Origin: Alphaproteobacteria bacterium | GTDB taxonomy: Bacteria > Pseudomonadota > Alphaproteobacteria > SP197 | Assembly: GCA_022822575.1 (NCBI GenBank) | Contig: JAJEBJ010000003.1 | Location: 1 to 34,647, forward strand | Direction: 5' to 3' | DNA length: 34,647 nt | Shown: positions 9,254 to 18,543 of the stretch, piece by piece | How positions within the stretch are numbered: position 1 is the first letter of the stretch | Layout: the number at the start of each line of letters is the position of its first letter | Position numbers and translations under genes: made by a program | Notes under the pieces: model-generated | The model's input: the letters and a program-made list of their open reading frames with translations, nothing else | Told to the model about the DNA's origin: nothing | The model's database searches: none

Positions 9254-10000
9254 TCAGGGTTCATCGAGAAATCGGTTGAGCTTGCCGGCAAGGTCCTTCA
9301 CCGATGCATCCACCAGGCGGCGTCCCGCGTCGGGCGTGGACAGCGACGGCAGGCTGCCGATCCGCCCGTCGGGATAGCGTCTGCGGTAATCGTCCGAATC
9401 GTGGAACCCTGACCAGGCAGGCGCCCTGCCCTCAAGATTGACCTTCTTGATGTGGTCGGGAAAGGCAAACCAGGTGACCGAAACCTCGCTGCACGTCGCG
9501 TGCTCGCCCTCGTCGGCCCCATAGAGTTCTTTCGAGATTGACCGCACGCCCGCCGAATCCCACCAGTTCGACAGCGAGCAGCGCAGCGACCGTTCAACGG
9601 GCCGGGTGCGCATCGAGACCTCGGAGTGGATTTCGGCGATTGCCGCATGGATGGTGGCAATGTTCCCTCCGTGACCGTTGAGAAAAAAGAACCGGTCGAA
9701 TCCGTGACGGGCAAGGGAGATGACACAGTCCCGGATGACACTCATGAGCGTCGAGGGACGCAGGCACATTGATCCTGAAAAGCCGAGATGGTGCTGGGCG
9801 ACCCCGATGCCCAGGGTGGGCGCCACAAGGACACCGGTTTCCTCCCCAAGACGACGGGCGACGACTTCCGGACAGATGGCATCGGTTCCGATCAGGCCGC
9901 CCGGGCCGTGCTGTTCGGTGGAACCCACCGGCATGATGATGCCGGAACGCGACTCCAGGTAGTGTTCCACTTCCTGCCATGTGGAAAGACTGAGCTGCAT
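9254..10000 (-). CDS. Creatininase-family amidohydrolase
   Basis: TWQEV, PVGSTEQHGP...GTD, NGHGGN, HATCSE metal-ligand motifs; ATG at 10000. Confidence 0.88.
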   Translation of the reverse strand: MQLSLSTWQEVEHYLESRSGIIMPVGSTEQHGPGGLIGTDAICPEVVARRLGEETGVLVAPTLGIGVAQHHLGFSGSMCLRPSTLMSVIRDCVISLARHGFDRFFFLNGHGGNIATIHAAIAEIHSEVSMRTRPVERSLRCSLSNWWDSAGVRSISKELYGADEGEHATCSEVSVTWFAFPDHIKKVNLEGRAPAWSGFHDSDDYRRRYPDGRIGSLPSLSTPDAGRRLVDASVKDLAGKLNRFLDEP

Positions 10001-10206
10001 GATGTCCCCCGCCGCGCCTGCGCCAAGACTATCCCGCCCGGCCATCACGGGACAATGGTAGTACCAGGGGGCAAGCGCCAGGATTTCCTGAGTTTCCTGT
10101 TTTGATGCCGGCAACGTCCGTGACGAGCCCGGGCTGCAGACAAGAGGGACAAGACGGTGGTTGGCATGACAGCAGCTTTCGCTCGGAGTTCGTCACCGCA
10201 GGGAGA

Positions 10207-10540
10207 ATGGCCACGGAGCCCGTGAATCACCGGCTTCATTGCGAAGAACTGGCGACCCGACGCCAACACGATGATAGGCCGTGCCACCTGAATTCAGCGA
10301 TGGAAGCCACGTCTCGTCACAGGGGGGCCGCATTGCGGCCCGAAGCATCCATGTTCCGCAGATCCACATATCGGTCGTTTCGCGTTTCACCTCGCGTGGT
10401 GAAGGCAAGGGCACCCCTGCACGAGGCTGGTCGAGGTCCTGCAGGAAGTTCGATTCATGTCGCCCGGGTTAGGACCACTTCTTCAACAAGACGATGACGA
10501 TCAACGTTACAACTCAGGCTGGCACAGACGACCTGACAGT
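10207..10540 (+). pseudogene. Possible heavily degraded HicB-family antitoxin remnant
   Basis: Fragments in shifting frames (GFIAK...PDANTMIGR; DGSHVS.QG; MFRRS; SRGEG...RKF; LGP.L) recall the HicB pattern; multiple frameshifts and a stop; by-eye match only. Confidence 0.25.
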
Positions 10541-10666
10541 CCTTCGCCGGGCAGGGCATCCGTTGTCAGGAACCTCGCGAAACGGCATCCTGTGCCGGGC
10601 AGGTGGATTCTTGATTCCAGGAGCCGTGTCGGGCCACACTTCCGGGCGTTCAGCGACGAGGCTCCC

Positions 10667-12607
10667 ATGACCGACGAAGTTGTCCACAGCGTTCCATCCG
10701 GATGGGCTTCGCGGGCCCATGTCGACAACGACGCCTACCTTGCCATGTACGAGGAATCGATCCGTGACCCAGACGGATTCTGGGCACGGCACGGCCTTCG
10801 GATCGACTGGATCACACCCTACACGAAGGTCAAGAACACGACCTACGACGATGGCGTGGCAATCAGGTGGTTCGAGGACGGCGAACTCAATGTCGCGGCC
10901 AACTGCCTCGACCGGCACCTTGAGGCACGGGGCGATCAGGCGGCGATCATCTGGGAGCCGGACGATCCCGGGGAGGCCTCGCGCACGCTGACCTACCGGG
11001 ATCTCCACGAAGATGTCTGCAGGATGGCCAACGCTCTCCTCGCGATGGGCGTGGGCCGTGGCGACCGGGTCACCATCTACATGCCAATGATCCCCGAAGC
11101 GGCCTCGGCCATGCTCGCCTGCGCCCGGATCGGTGCGGTTCATTCCGTCGTGTTCGGAGGGTTCTCGCCGGACGCCCTTGCCAGCCGGATTCACGACTGC
11201 GATTCGCGCTTCCTCATCACGGCCGACGAGGGATTGCGCGGCGGCAGGAAGGTTCCACTCAAGAACAACGCGGATCAGGCGCTCAAGGATTGTCCAGATG
11301 TCAGTGCCGTCCTGGTGGTCCGCCGCACCGGCGCAGATGTGACGATGAAGGAGGGCCGAGACCACTGGTGGCATGACGTCAAGGCTTCGGCCGGCGCCGA
11401 CTGTCCGGCGGTGACCATGAACGCGGAGGATCCGCTCTTCATCCTCTATACGTCAGGTTCGACCGGCAAGCCCAAGGGAGTGCTGCACACCTCCGGCGGC
11501 TATCTCGTCTATGCCTCCATGACCCACAGCTACGTCTTCGACTATCACGATGGCGACATCTACTGGTGCACGGCCGATGTCGGCTGGGTCACCGGCCACA
11601 GCTACATCGTCTACGGGCCGCTGGCCAACGGCGCCACCACATTGATGTTCGAAGGCGTACCGAACTGGCCCGATGCCAGCCGTCACTGGCAGGTCGTCGA
11701 CAAGCACTCTGTCAACATCTACTACACGGCGCCGACGGCCATCCGCGCCCTCATGAGGGAGGGTGACGAACCGGTCACATCCACGTCGCGCGCCAGTCTG
11801 CGCCTGCTCGGCTCGGTCGGGGAACCGATCAATCCGGAAGCCTGGGACTGGTACTGGCGTGTTGTCGGCGACAGCCGCTGCCCGATCGTCGATACCTGGT
11901 GGCAGACGGAAACCGGGGGCATCCTGATCACCCCCCTGCCCGGTGCCACCGATCTCAAGCCGGGGTCCGCAACCAGACCGTTCTTCGGCGTCAGACCCGC
12001 CATCGTCGACAATGACGGCCGGGTCCTGGAAGGAGCCACCTCCGGAAATCTCTGCCTGCTGGATTCCTGGCCGGGTCAGATGCGGACGGTCTACGGCGAT
12101 CACGAGCGCTTCATCCAGACCTATTTCGCTACCTATCCCGGCAAGTACTTCACCGGTGACGGCGCCAGGAGGGACGAGGACGGCTACTACTGGATCACCG
12201 GCCGGGTGGACGACGTTCTCAATGTCTCCGGTCACCGCATGGGAACCGCCGAGGTCGAAAGCGCACTGGTCGCCCACCCCAAGGTTGCCGAGGCCGCCGT
12301 GGTCGGCGCTCCGCACGACATCAAGGGACAGGGCATCTATGCCTATGTGACGCTCAATGCCGGCGAGGAACCCGGCGACGAACTGGCGCGGGAACTCGTT
12401 CAGTGGGTGCGCAAGGGAATCGGCCCCATCGCCAGCCCGGACTGGCTGCAGTGGGCCCCCGGTCTGCCCAAGACCCGTTCAGGCAAGATCATGCGGCGCA
12501 TTCTCCGCAAGATCGCCGAAAACGACTTCGGGAACCTCGGAGACACGTCAACCCTTGCCGAACCCGGTGTCGTGGACGACCTCATCGAGAACCGGCAGAA
12601 CAGGTAG
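10667..12607 (+). CDS. acs: Acetyl-CoA synthetase (acetate--CoA ligase)
   Basis: [49 protein letters not shown]; ATG 10667 preceded by GAGG. Confidence 0.97.
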   Translation: MTDEVVHSVPSGWASRAHVDNDAYLAMYEESIRDPDGFWARHGLRIDWITPYTKVKNTTYDDGVAIRWFEDGELNVAANCLDRHLEARGDQAAIIWEPDDPGEASRTLTYRDLHEDVCRMANALLAMGVGRGDRVTIYMPMIPEAASAMLACARIGAVHSVVFGGFSPDALASRIHDCDSRFLITADEGLRGGRKVPLKNNADQALKDCPDVSAVLVVRRTGADVTMKEGRDHWWHDVKASAGADCPAVTMNAEDPLFILYTSGSTGKPKGVLHTSGGYLVYASMTHSYVFDYHDGDIYWCTADVGWVTGHSYIVYGPLANGATTLMFEGVPNWPDASRHWQVVDKHSVNIYYTAPTAIRALMREGDEPVTSTSRASLRLLGSVGEPINPEAWDWYWRVVGDSRCPIVDTWWQTETGGILITPLPGATDLKPGSATRPFFGVRPAIVDNDGRVLEGATSGNLCLLDSWPGQMRTVYGDHERFIQTYFATYPGKYFTGDGARRDEDGYYWITGRVDDVLNVSGHRMGTAEVESALVAHPKVAEAAVVGAPHDIKGQGIYAYVTLNAGEEPGDELARELVQWVRKGIGPIASPDWLQWAPGLPKTRSGKIMRRILRKIAENDFGNLGDTSTLAEPGVVDDLIENRQNR

Positions 12608-12634
12608 TCCCGCCACGTCAGGGGAATCGGGGTC

Positions 12635-13651
12635 ATGCCGACGCTTGATGCGGATGTCCTGGAGGGCTTCTGCAAGGACATTCTCGTTGACGCCGGCATG
12701 CGTGACGGCGACGCCGGCGCGGTTGCCGCCCATCTCGTTGACGCCGAACTCAAGGACGTTGTCTCCCATGGCGTCAACAGGATTCCCTACTACCTCTCGT
12801 TTTTCGAAAGCCGCAGCGCCGAACCGGTTGCCGATATCACCGTGACACGGCACGGGCCTTCGGTAGCACGTGTCGACGGCGGCAGCGGACTTGGCATTCT
12901 GGCCATGGAACGGGCGGTCGATGAACTGATTGACATGAGACGTCACCAGCCGGTGGTTACAGCCGGTATCGTCAATGTCGCCCACACCGGGCGCATGGGC
13001 GCCTACGCCGAACGACTGGCCCGGCATGGCCTGCTGGCCATGATCTGCGGTGGCGGCGGGCGGGAGCGCTGGCGCATGGTGGCCGCCCATGGCGGTCGCG
13101 GCGGGGTGCTGTCGACCAATCCCTGGGCACTTGCCATGCCGGCTGGTGAGGCCGGATCCGTATCGGCGGATTTTGCCACCTGTGTCGTGGCAAACGGCAA
13201 GATTCGCCTGCGACGTCGAACCGGCGAGGAGGTGCCTGAAGGCTGGCTGATCGACCGCGACGGTCATCCCACCACGAATATCGATGATTATGACAACGGC
13301 GGAGCCCTGCTCCCGGCCGGCGGCCACAAGGGTTACGGTCTCGCCATTATTGGGGAGATTGTCGGAAGCGCCATGCTTGGCCCGGCATTCGAATTCAACT
13401 GGTTTATTGTCGCCATCGCCACGGACGTCTTCAGTTCAGCCGAGCACTATGACGAAAACGCACGGGCCATTGTCGAAAACCTGCGTGCCTCACCGCCCGC
13501 TCCCGGTTTCGACCGCGTGCGGGTTCCGGGCGATCCCGAAAGGGAAAGCGAATGCCGGAAACGGAAATCCGGAATCGAACTTCACTCGGAAGTCTGGCAA
13601 GGCCTCGTCGATGCTGCCCGAAAAACCGGGGTGCCGGTGCCGTTGGCCTGA
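12635..13651 (+). CDS. Ldh_2-family (type 2 malate/L-lactate dehydrogenase-like) oxidoreductase
   Basis: SHGV, HTGRMG, STNP, VPEGWLIDRDG.PT, GGHKGYGL, RVPGD. Confidence 0.9.
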   Translation: MPTLDADVLEGFCKDILVDAGMRDGDAGAVAAHLVDAELKDVVSHGVNRIPYYLSFFESRSAEPVADITVTRHGPSVARVDGGSGLGILAMERAVDELIDMRRHQPVVTAGIVNVAHTGRMGAYAERLARHGLLAMICGGGGRERWRMVAAHGGRGGVLSTNPWALAMPAGEAGSVSADFATCVVANGKIRLRRRTGEEVPEGWLIDRDGHPTTNIDDYDNGGALLPAGGHKGYGLAIIGEIVGSAMLGPAFEFNWFIVAIATDVFSSAEHYDENARAIVENLRASPPAPGFDRVRVPGDPERESECRKRKSGIELHSEVWQGLVDAARKTGVPVPLA

Positions 13652-13664
13652 AGGCGGCACCGGC
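13633..13664. terminator. Hairpin at the junction of convergent genes, probable terminator
   Basis: GCCGGTGCCG (13633-13642) pairs with CGGCACCGGC (13655-13664); a T5 run follows 7 nt later on the minus strand. Confidence 0.45.
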
Positions 13665-13671
13665 CCTGACT

Positions 13672-14568
13672 TCAGCTGGCGACGTATCGATATCCGTCGC
13701 GATGCACCCTGCCTTCCTGCAGGAGGTCCTTGACAGCCCGTGTCGCGTCGGCGCCGGAAAGCGACACACCGGTCACCTGCTCGACGCCAGCACGAATGGC
13801 GGACATTTTGCAGCCTGCTTCTCCAGCCCGGGCGATGACGCCGGCAACTTCGGCCATCGCCTGCGCGACCTCGTCGGAAACAGGCTTGCGGGGACGCCCA
13901 CGCCTGGCGCCTCCCGACGGTGCCGCCGGTGCGGTCAACTCCAATTCGTCGGATCCGCCTGACGCCGGATCTTCCTCGAACGGAATCGAGTCGTCCCCGG
14001 ACTGCGCCGCCACCGGTTCCTGACCGCCATCATCCGACGGCGCTTCGGTTTCGGCCTGAACGATCTCGGGCGCGGCCTCTGCTGCAGCTTCCCCGGCAGC
14101 CACGAAGCGGTAGCCCTCGCGTCGAATGCTCATTTCCGAAAGAAGCGACTGAAGAGCATCGTCAAGCGCCTTGCGTGTCGGTTCCTCGCCCTTGCGATTG
14201 GCCAGCAATCCGCTCAGGGCTGAACGCTTGACGCCGCGTTGACCGGAACCGGAAATCGCAGCGAGAACTTTCGCAGGCGCAACCCTGTCATGTCCTCCAG
14301 TGGCTTTTCCGGAGGGCTTCCGGCCGCGCCCTTTTCCGGACCGAGTCTTGCCGGTTTTCCTGGCGGGACGCCTGCCACTCCTTGACGGCTGGCGCTCCGC
14401 AGCGACATCGCCGATCAGCGCTTGCAGGCTTTGTGCCGCCTTTTGCATTTCCTCGATGGATTTCCCGACTGTTGCAGCTTCAGCCAGCAACGTCTGGTGC
14501 CTTTCTTCTTCGGATGCAATTTCCCTGTTAATCATCTCCAGGGCTTCTGCAATCTTGGCGTTGCTCAC
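13672..14568 (-). CDS. Hypothetical protein, probable DNA-binding (coiled coil + two winged-helix-like repeats + AT-hook)
   Basis: Fills the gap between two clear genes; GTG 14568 has a GGGAG SD; internal ungapped 59-aa duplication (18/59 identical); RRGRPRK motif; own promoter and terminator-like hairpin. Confidence 0.75.
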   Translation of the reverse strand: MSNAKIAEALEMINREIASEEERHQTLLAEAATVGKSIEEMQKAAQSLQALIGDVAAERQPSRSGRRPARKTGKTRSGKGRGRKPSGKATGGHDRVAPAKVLAAISGSGQRGVKRSALSGLLANRKGEEPTRKALDDALQSLLSEMSIRREGYRFVAAGEAAAEAAPEIVQAETEAPSDDGGQEPVAAQSGDDSIPFEEDPASGGSDELELTAPAAPSGGARRGRPRKPVSDEVAQAMAEVAGVIARAGEAGCKMSAIRAGVEQVTGVSLSGADATRAVKDLLQEGRVHRDGYRYVAS

Positions 14569-14616
14569 GTGGTCTCCCTTTCCCGGTCGCTTCGAGATTC
14601 CGGTGTACTCCAACAT

Positions 14617-14645
14617 GCACTAAAGCCGGGGTAGGCAAACGTCAA
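14617..14645 (-). promoter_or_regulatory. Putative sigma70 promoter of the hypothetical DNA-binding gene
   Basis: Minus strand TTGACG-N17-TAGTGC; implies transcription starts below the ATG at 14616, favouring GTG 14568 as start. Confidence 0.45.
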
Positions 14646-14723
14646 TCCTTTTGTGCAGGAAGACGAAGAATGTACGCGGAACTATGGTAGGTTCCGCATT
14701 CAATTGCAGCTGGAGTTCAGCAG

Positions 14724-15461
14724 ATGGCAGACAGTGACACCAAAGAAGGCTGGAGTGAGGATGATTCGCGCCACTTCATTGACTACGGCGCCTACTTTGT
14801 GCCCGAACGGGAAACACAGGTTGATACAATTTGCAGTGTCATTCCCAGTCCACAGGAAAATGCCCTCATTGTGGATATCTGCTGCGGTGAAGGTCTACTC
14901 GCTTCAGCCCTGGCCCGAAGATTCAGCAAATGCCATATCCTGGCGCTTGACGGCTCATCGGCCATGCTCGAGGCAGCAGGCAAACGCCTCGACAAAACCG
15001 GGGCATCCTGGACGACATCGATCATGGATATTGCCGATTCAGGCTGGCGGCAATTCGACCGCCCGGTCCACGCCTTCGTGTCGTCGCTTGCCGTCCACCA
15101 CCTCGACGGACCGGGAAAAGCCGGTCTGTTCAGGGATCTCGCAACTGCCCTCGCACCCGGAGGCGTGATCGTCATCTGCGATCTCGTCGAGGCGCGGAAT
15201 CAGGAAGGTCTCACGCTTTGGGAACGCCACTGGGACGACGGTGTCAGGGAAAGGGCTACCCGTCTCGATGGCAATGAGGACATGCTGCACTTCTTCCGCG
15301 AAGACGGCTGGAACTACTACAGCGATCCTGAAGCCGATCCGGTCGACATGCCATCCGGTCTGTTCGAACAGCTCAAGTGGCTGGAAGAGGCCGGTCTGGT
15401 GGATATCGATGTACACTGGCTTCTGGCCGGACACGCAATCATGTCAGCCCGCAAGCCCTGA
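14724..15461 (+). CDS. Class I SAM-dependent methyltransferase
   Basis: VDICCGEG, ALDGSSAML, SSLAVHHL, LAPGGVIVICD; GGAG SD. Confidence 0.88.
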   Translation: MADSDTKEGWSEDDSRHFIDYGAYFVPERETQVDTICSVIPSPQENALIVDICCGEGLLASALARRFSKCHILALDGSSAMLEAAGKRLDKTGASWTTSIMDIADSGWRQFDRPVHAFVSSLAVHHLDGPGKAGLFRDLATALAPGGVIVICDLVEARNQEGLTLWERHWDDGVRERATRLDGNEDMLHFFREDGWNYYSDPEADPVDMPSGLFEQLKWLEEAGLVDIDVHWLLAGHAIMSARKP

Positions 15462-15470
15462 GACCTGACG

Positions 15471-17762
15471 TCAGGCGCATTTGGAGAACCCGCAGGATGT
15501 ACAGAGGTGGCACCCTTCCTGATGGATCAGGCCGGGAAGACCGCATCGCGGGCAACTGGCGGAGCGGCGATCCGGCTCGCCGACGGAGCCGATGCTCTCA
15601 CTTGTGTCGCTGATGAAACCGATGCTGGTCATGTGGGTCTCAAGCACATCGCCGATGGCGGCCAGCAGCGAGGGCACATAGCGACCGTTCATCCATGATC
15701 CGCCGCGCGGATCGAACACCGCCTTCAGTTCCTCGACCACGAAGCTCACGTCACCGCCACGGCGGAACACCGCCGAAATCATCCGGGTGAGACCCAGTGT
15801 CCAGGCGTAGTGATCCATGTTCTTCGAGTTGATGAAGACCTCGAAAGGCCGCCTGCGGCCATTCCTGACCACATCGTTCACAGTCAGGTAGATCGCATGG
15901 TCGCTCTCCGGCCAGCGCAGCTTGTAGGTTCTCCCCGGGAGAACCTCGGGACGGTCAAGGGGCCGGGTCAGGTGAATGACGCCGGCAGTCTCGAATGTAT
16001 CCCCCGGGATTTCGGATCCGGGCTCGTCAAGGGGCAGAAGGGGCTCGGCGTCCGCGGCCGCGGGCGCCTCGAGGACAGCACCCGTGACATCGTTCGGCCT
16101 GTATGTCGTGCATCCCTTGCATCCCAGCCTGTAGGCCTCGAGATAGACATCCTTGAAGTCCTCGAAAGGCATGTCCACGGGCACGTTGATGGTCTTGGAA
16201 ATCGAACTGTCGATGTACTCCTGGACGACCGCCTGCATGCGGATGTGGTCGGTCGGCCTGAGTGTCTGGGCATCCACGAAGTAGTCGGGCAGCGGAGCGT
16301 CCTCTCCGCGCATCCGGCGCCACAGGCGGAGCGCGTAGTCGGTGACCTCCTCGCTTCTCCTGGTTCCGTCGGGCATCAGCACATTGCGCGTGTAGGAGAA
16401 GGCAAAGACCGGCTCGAGACCCGAGGAGATGTTGTCTGCGAAGAGCGAAATGGTGCCGGTCGGGGCAATCGATGTCAGCAGTGCATTGCGGATGCCATTG
16501 GCAGCAATCGCGTCGCGCACGTCCCGGTCGAGTCCGGCGACGGTTTCACCCGCCAGATAGGCTTCGGCATCGAAGAGTGGAAAGGGTCCCTTCTCCTCCG
16601 CCAGGCGTGCCGATGCAAGATAGGCTTCGCGACGCAGGCATGCGAGCCAGGTGCGGGCCAGCGTGACCGCCCTTTCGCTGCCGTAATGCGCCTTCATCAT
16701 GATGAGCGCGTCGGCAAGACCGGTGACACCCAGACCGATGCGCCGCTTGGCGGCAGCCTCCTGACGCTGTTCCTCAAGAGGAAACTGCGACACGTCGATG
16801 ACGTCGTCCATCATCCTCACCGCAGCTGCCACCGTGCGGGAAAACCCCTCGTCATCAAACCGCGCTTCGTCACCGAAGGGATCGGTGATGAAGCGCGTCA
16901 GGTTGATCGAACCCAGGAGACAGGCGCCGTAGGGCGGCAGGGGCTGTTCACCGCACGGATTGGTGGCGGAGATAGTCTCGCAATAGTGGAGATTGTTCCG
17001 CCGGTTGATGCGGTCGATGAAGATGACGCCGGGCTCGGCGCAGGCATAGGTGCCGCGCATGATCCGGTCCCACAGGTCGCGGGCCGACACGGTTCCGTAG
17101 ACAACACCGTCAAAGACAAGCTCCCAGGCATCGTCCTGCCGGACCGCGTTCATGAAGGCATCGGTCACAAGCACGGAAAGATTGAACATGCGCAGCCGTC
17201 CGGCTTCCTGCTTGGCGTCGATGAACGCCTCGATGTCCGGGTGATCGCAACGCATGGTCGCCATCATCGCACCGCGACGGTGGCCGGCACTCATGATGGT
17301 GCGGCACATTGAATCCCAGACATCCATGAAGGTCAGCGGTCCGGAGGCGTCAGCGCCCACACCACGAACGGCAGCACCCTTGGGTCTCAGTGTCGAGAAG
17401 TCGTAGCCGATTCCGCCACCGGCCTGCATGGTGAGCGCCGCTTCCTTCAGGTGATCGAAGATCCCACCCATGTCGTCGGGAATGGTCCCCATGACAAAGC
17501 AGTTGAAGAGCGTGACATTCCTCTCGGTACCTGCACCGGCCAGAATCCTGCCGGCGGGCAGGAAACGATAGCCAGACATGGCCTCGAAGAACTGTTCTCC
17601 GATCCGGCGTCGGTTGGCGGGTTCCTCTACCGTGACACAGGCTCCTGCCACCCGTCGCCAGGTCGCCTCGACATTATCGTCGACCGGCGTGCCGTCGGGC
17701 CCCTTGAGACGGTACTTCATGTCCCAGATCTGCAAGGCAATGGGGGATTGTGCGTCGCTCAT
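15471..17762 (-). CDS. nrdJ: Adenosylcobalamin-dependent (class II) ribonucleotide reductase with C-terminal TSCPD-like domain and Zn ribbon
   Basis: FLPAGRIL, TLFNCFV, ATNPCGEQPL, CLLGSINL, RRIGLG, IAPTGTIS, KGCTTYR, RPFEVF, CPRC...CTSC; start at ATG 17762 rather than 18074. Confidence 0.95.
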   Translation of the reverse strand: MSDAQSPIALQIWDMKYRLKGPDGTPVDDNVEATWRRVAGACVTVEEPANRRRIGEQFFEAMSGYRFLPAGRILAGAGTERNVTLFNCFVMGTIPDDMGGIFDHLKEAALTMQAGGGIGYDFSTLRPKGAAVRGVGADASGPLTFMDVWDSMCRTIMSAGHRRGAMMATMRCDHPDIEAFIDAKQEAGRLRMFNLSVLVTDAFMNAVRQDDAWELVFDGVVYGTVSARDLWDRIMRGTYACAEPGVIFIDRINRRNNLHYCETISATNPCGEQPLPPYGACLLGSINLTRFITDPFGDEARFDDEGFSRTVAAAVRMMDDVIDVSQFPLEEQRQEAAAKRRIGLGVTGLADALIMMKAHYGSERAVTLARTWLACLRREAYLASARLAEEKGPFPLFDAEAYLAGETVAGLDRDVRDAIAANGIRNALLTSIAPTGTISLFADNISSGLEPVFAFSYTRNVLMPDGTRRSEEVTDYALRLWRRMRGEDAPLPDYFVDAQTLRPTDHIRMQAVVQEYIDSSISKTINVPVDMPFEDFKDVYLEAYRLGCKGCTTYRPNDVTGAVLEAPAAADAEPLLPLDEPGSEIPGDTFETAGVIHLTRPLDRPEVLPGRTYKLRWPESDHAIYLTVNDVVRNGRRRPFEVFINSKNMDHYAWTLGLTRMISAVFRRGGDVSFVVEELKAVFDPRGGSWMNGRYVPSLLAAIGDVLETHMTSIGFISDTSESIGSVGEPDRRSASCPRCGLPGLIHQEGCHLCTSCGFSKCA

Positions 17763-17789
17763 CAAAGCATCTCTTCCGTCTCTCGTGAC

Positions 17790-17818
17790 ATCATAACGTT
17801 CCTGAAATGTACTCTCAA
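17790..17818 (-). promoter_or_regulatory. sigma70 promoter of nrdJ with an alphaproteobacterial LexA (SOS) box in the spacer
   Basis: Minus strand TTGAGA-N17-TATGAT; spacer holds GTTC-N7-GTAC (plus strand 17798-17812), one mismatch from GTTC-N7-GTTC. Confidence 0.65.
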
Positions 17819-17820
17819 CT

Positions 17821-18543
17821 CTAGCCCCTGTTCCTGGCCTCGGCGACGAGCTCCCTGGTTCCGGATTCGATCCTTGATTCAAGCTCTTCCATGAAACGTG
17901 CCCGCGGCAGGGCAGGTGGTATCGCCTCGAGGAAGGACATGACGGCGCACCCCGGCGTCTTTCTGATCTGCCGGCGCGGCCAGAAGACCCCGCTGTTGAG
18001 CGCCACCGGAACCACTGGCACGCCCAGTGCAGCGTAGAGTCCGGCCACGCCACGCTGATAGGCGACCCTTTCACCGGGAGCCGTGCGTGTCCCCTCGGGG
18101 AATATCACCATGCACCGGCCCTCGCTGGCCACCGTTGCCGCGTGACCCAGGATCCGGCGCAGTGCGGAGAGGCCGGCGCTGCGATCAATGGCGAGGCAAT
18201 CCATGGCCGAAATGAACCAGCCGACAACCGGAATTCGGACGATTTCCTGCTTTATGATGAAACAGGCATCCGGAAACAGCCTCACGAGGGCATAGGTTTC
18301 CAGGGCGGACTGGTGCTTGACGGCGATCAGCGCCGGGCCGTCAGGCAGATTGTTCCTGCCCCTCACCTCGATCCTGAGCCCGGCCACCACATCGAGGAGA
18401 AAGAGCTGCACACCGGCGAACCAGAAAGGAACCCGGGCGGCCAGGCGGCGTGCAAGGAGCAGTGTCGGCAGCGTCGTGACGCCCAGAAACACCATGACTC
18501 CAAGCGACAGGGCGAGAAACGCGCATGACCGGATGAGGGTCAT
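17821..18543 (-). CDS. plsC: 1-acyl-sn-glycerol-3-phosphate acyltransferase
   Basis: KHQSALET, IDRS, IFPEGTRT, PVVPVALNSG; ATG 18543 overlaps the upstream stop. Confidence 0.88.
   Translation of the reverse strand: MTLIRSCAFLALSLGVMVFLGVTTLPTLLLARRLAARVPFWFAGVQLFLLDVVAGLRIEVRGRNNLPDGPALIAVKHQSALETYALVRLFPDACFIIKQEIVRIPVVGWFISAMDCLAIDRSAGLSALRRILGHAATVASEGRCMVIFPEGTRTAPGERVAYQRGVAGLYAALGVPVVPVALNSGVFWPRRQIRKTPGCAVMSFLEAIPPALPRARFMEELESRIESGTRELVAEARNRG

Noticed and set aside
15810-17312. 500-aa plus-strand ORF, and similar long ORFs at 2560-3639, 8423-9412, 20821-21864, 28497-29732 and 31783-32736
   Set aside because: Antisense shadows of well-supported genes, expected from high-GC codon bias; no recognisable motifs
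15471-17820. Intein or intron in nrdJ, or a cobalamin riboswitch upstream
   Set aside because: The 763-aa protein has continuous RNR motifs with no insertion, and the 58-bp gap is too short for a B12 riboswitch
17763-18074. Long N-terminal extensions in the ORF track (nrdJ here; also hemD, acs, YdcF, lysA, argH, MFS, etfA)
   Set aside because: They overlap neighbouring genes or promoters and are low-complexity; family-like N-termini and SD or overlap signals start further downstream
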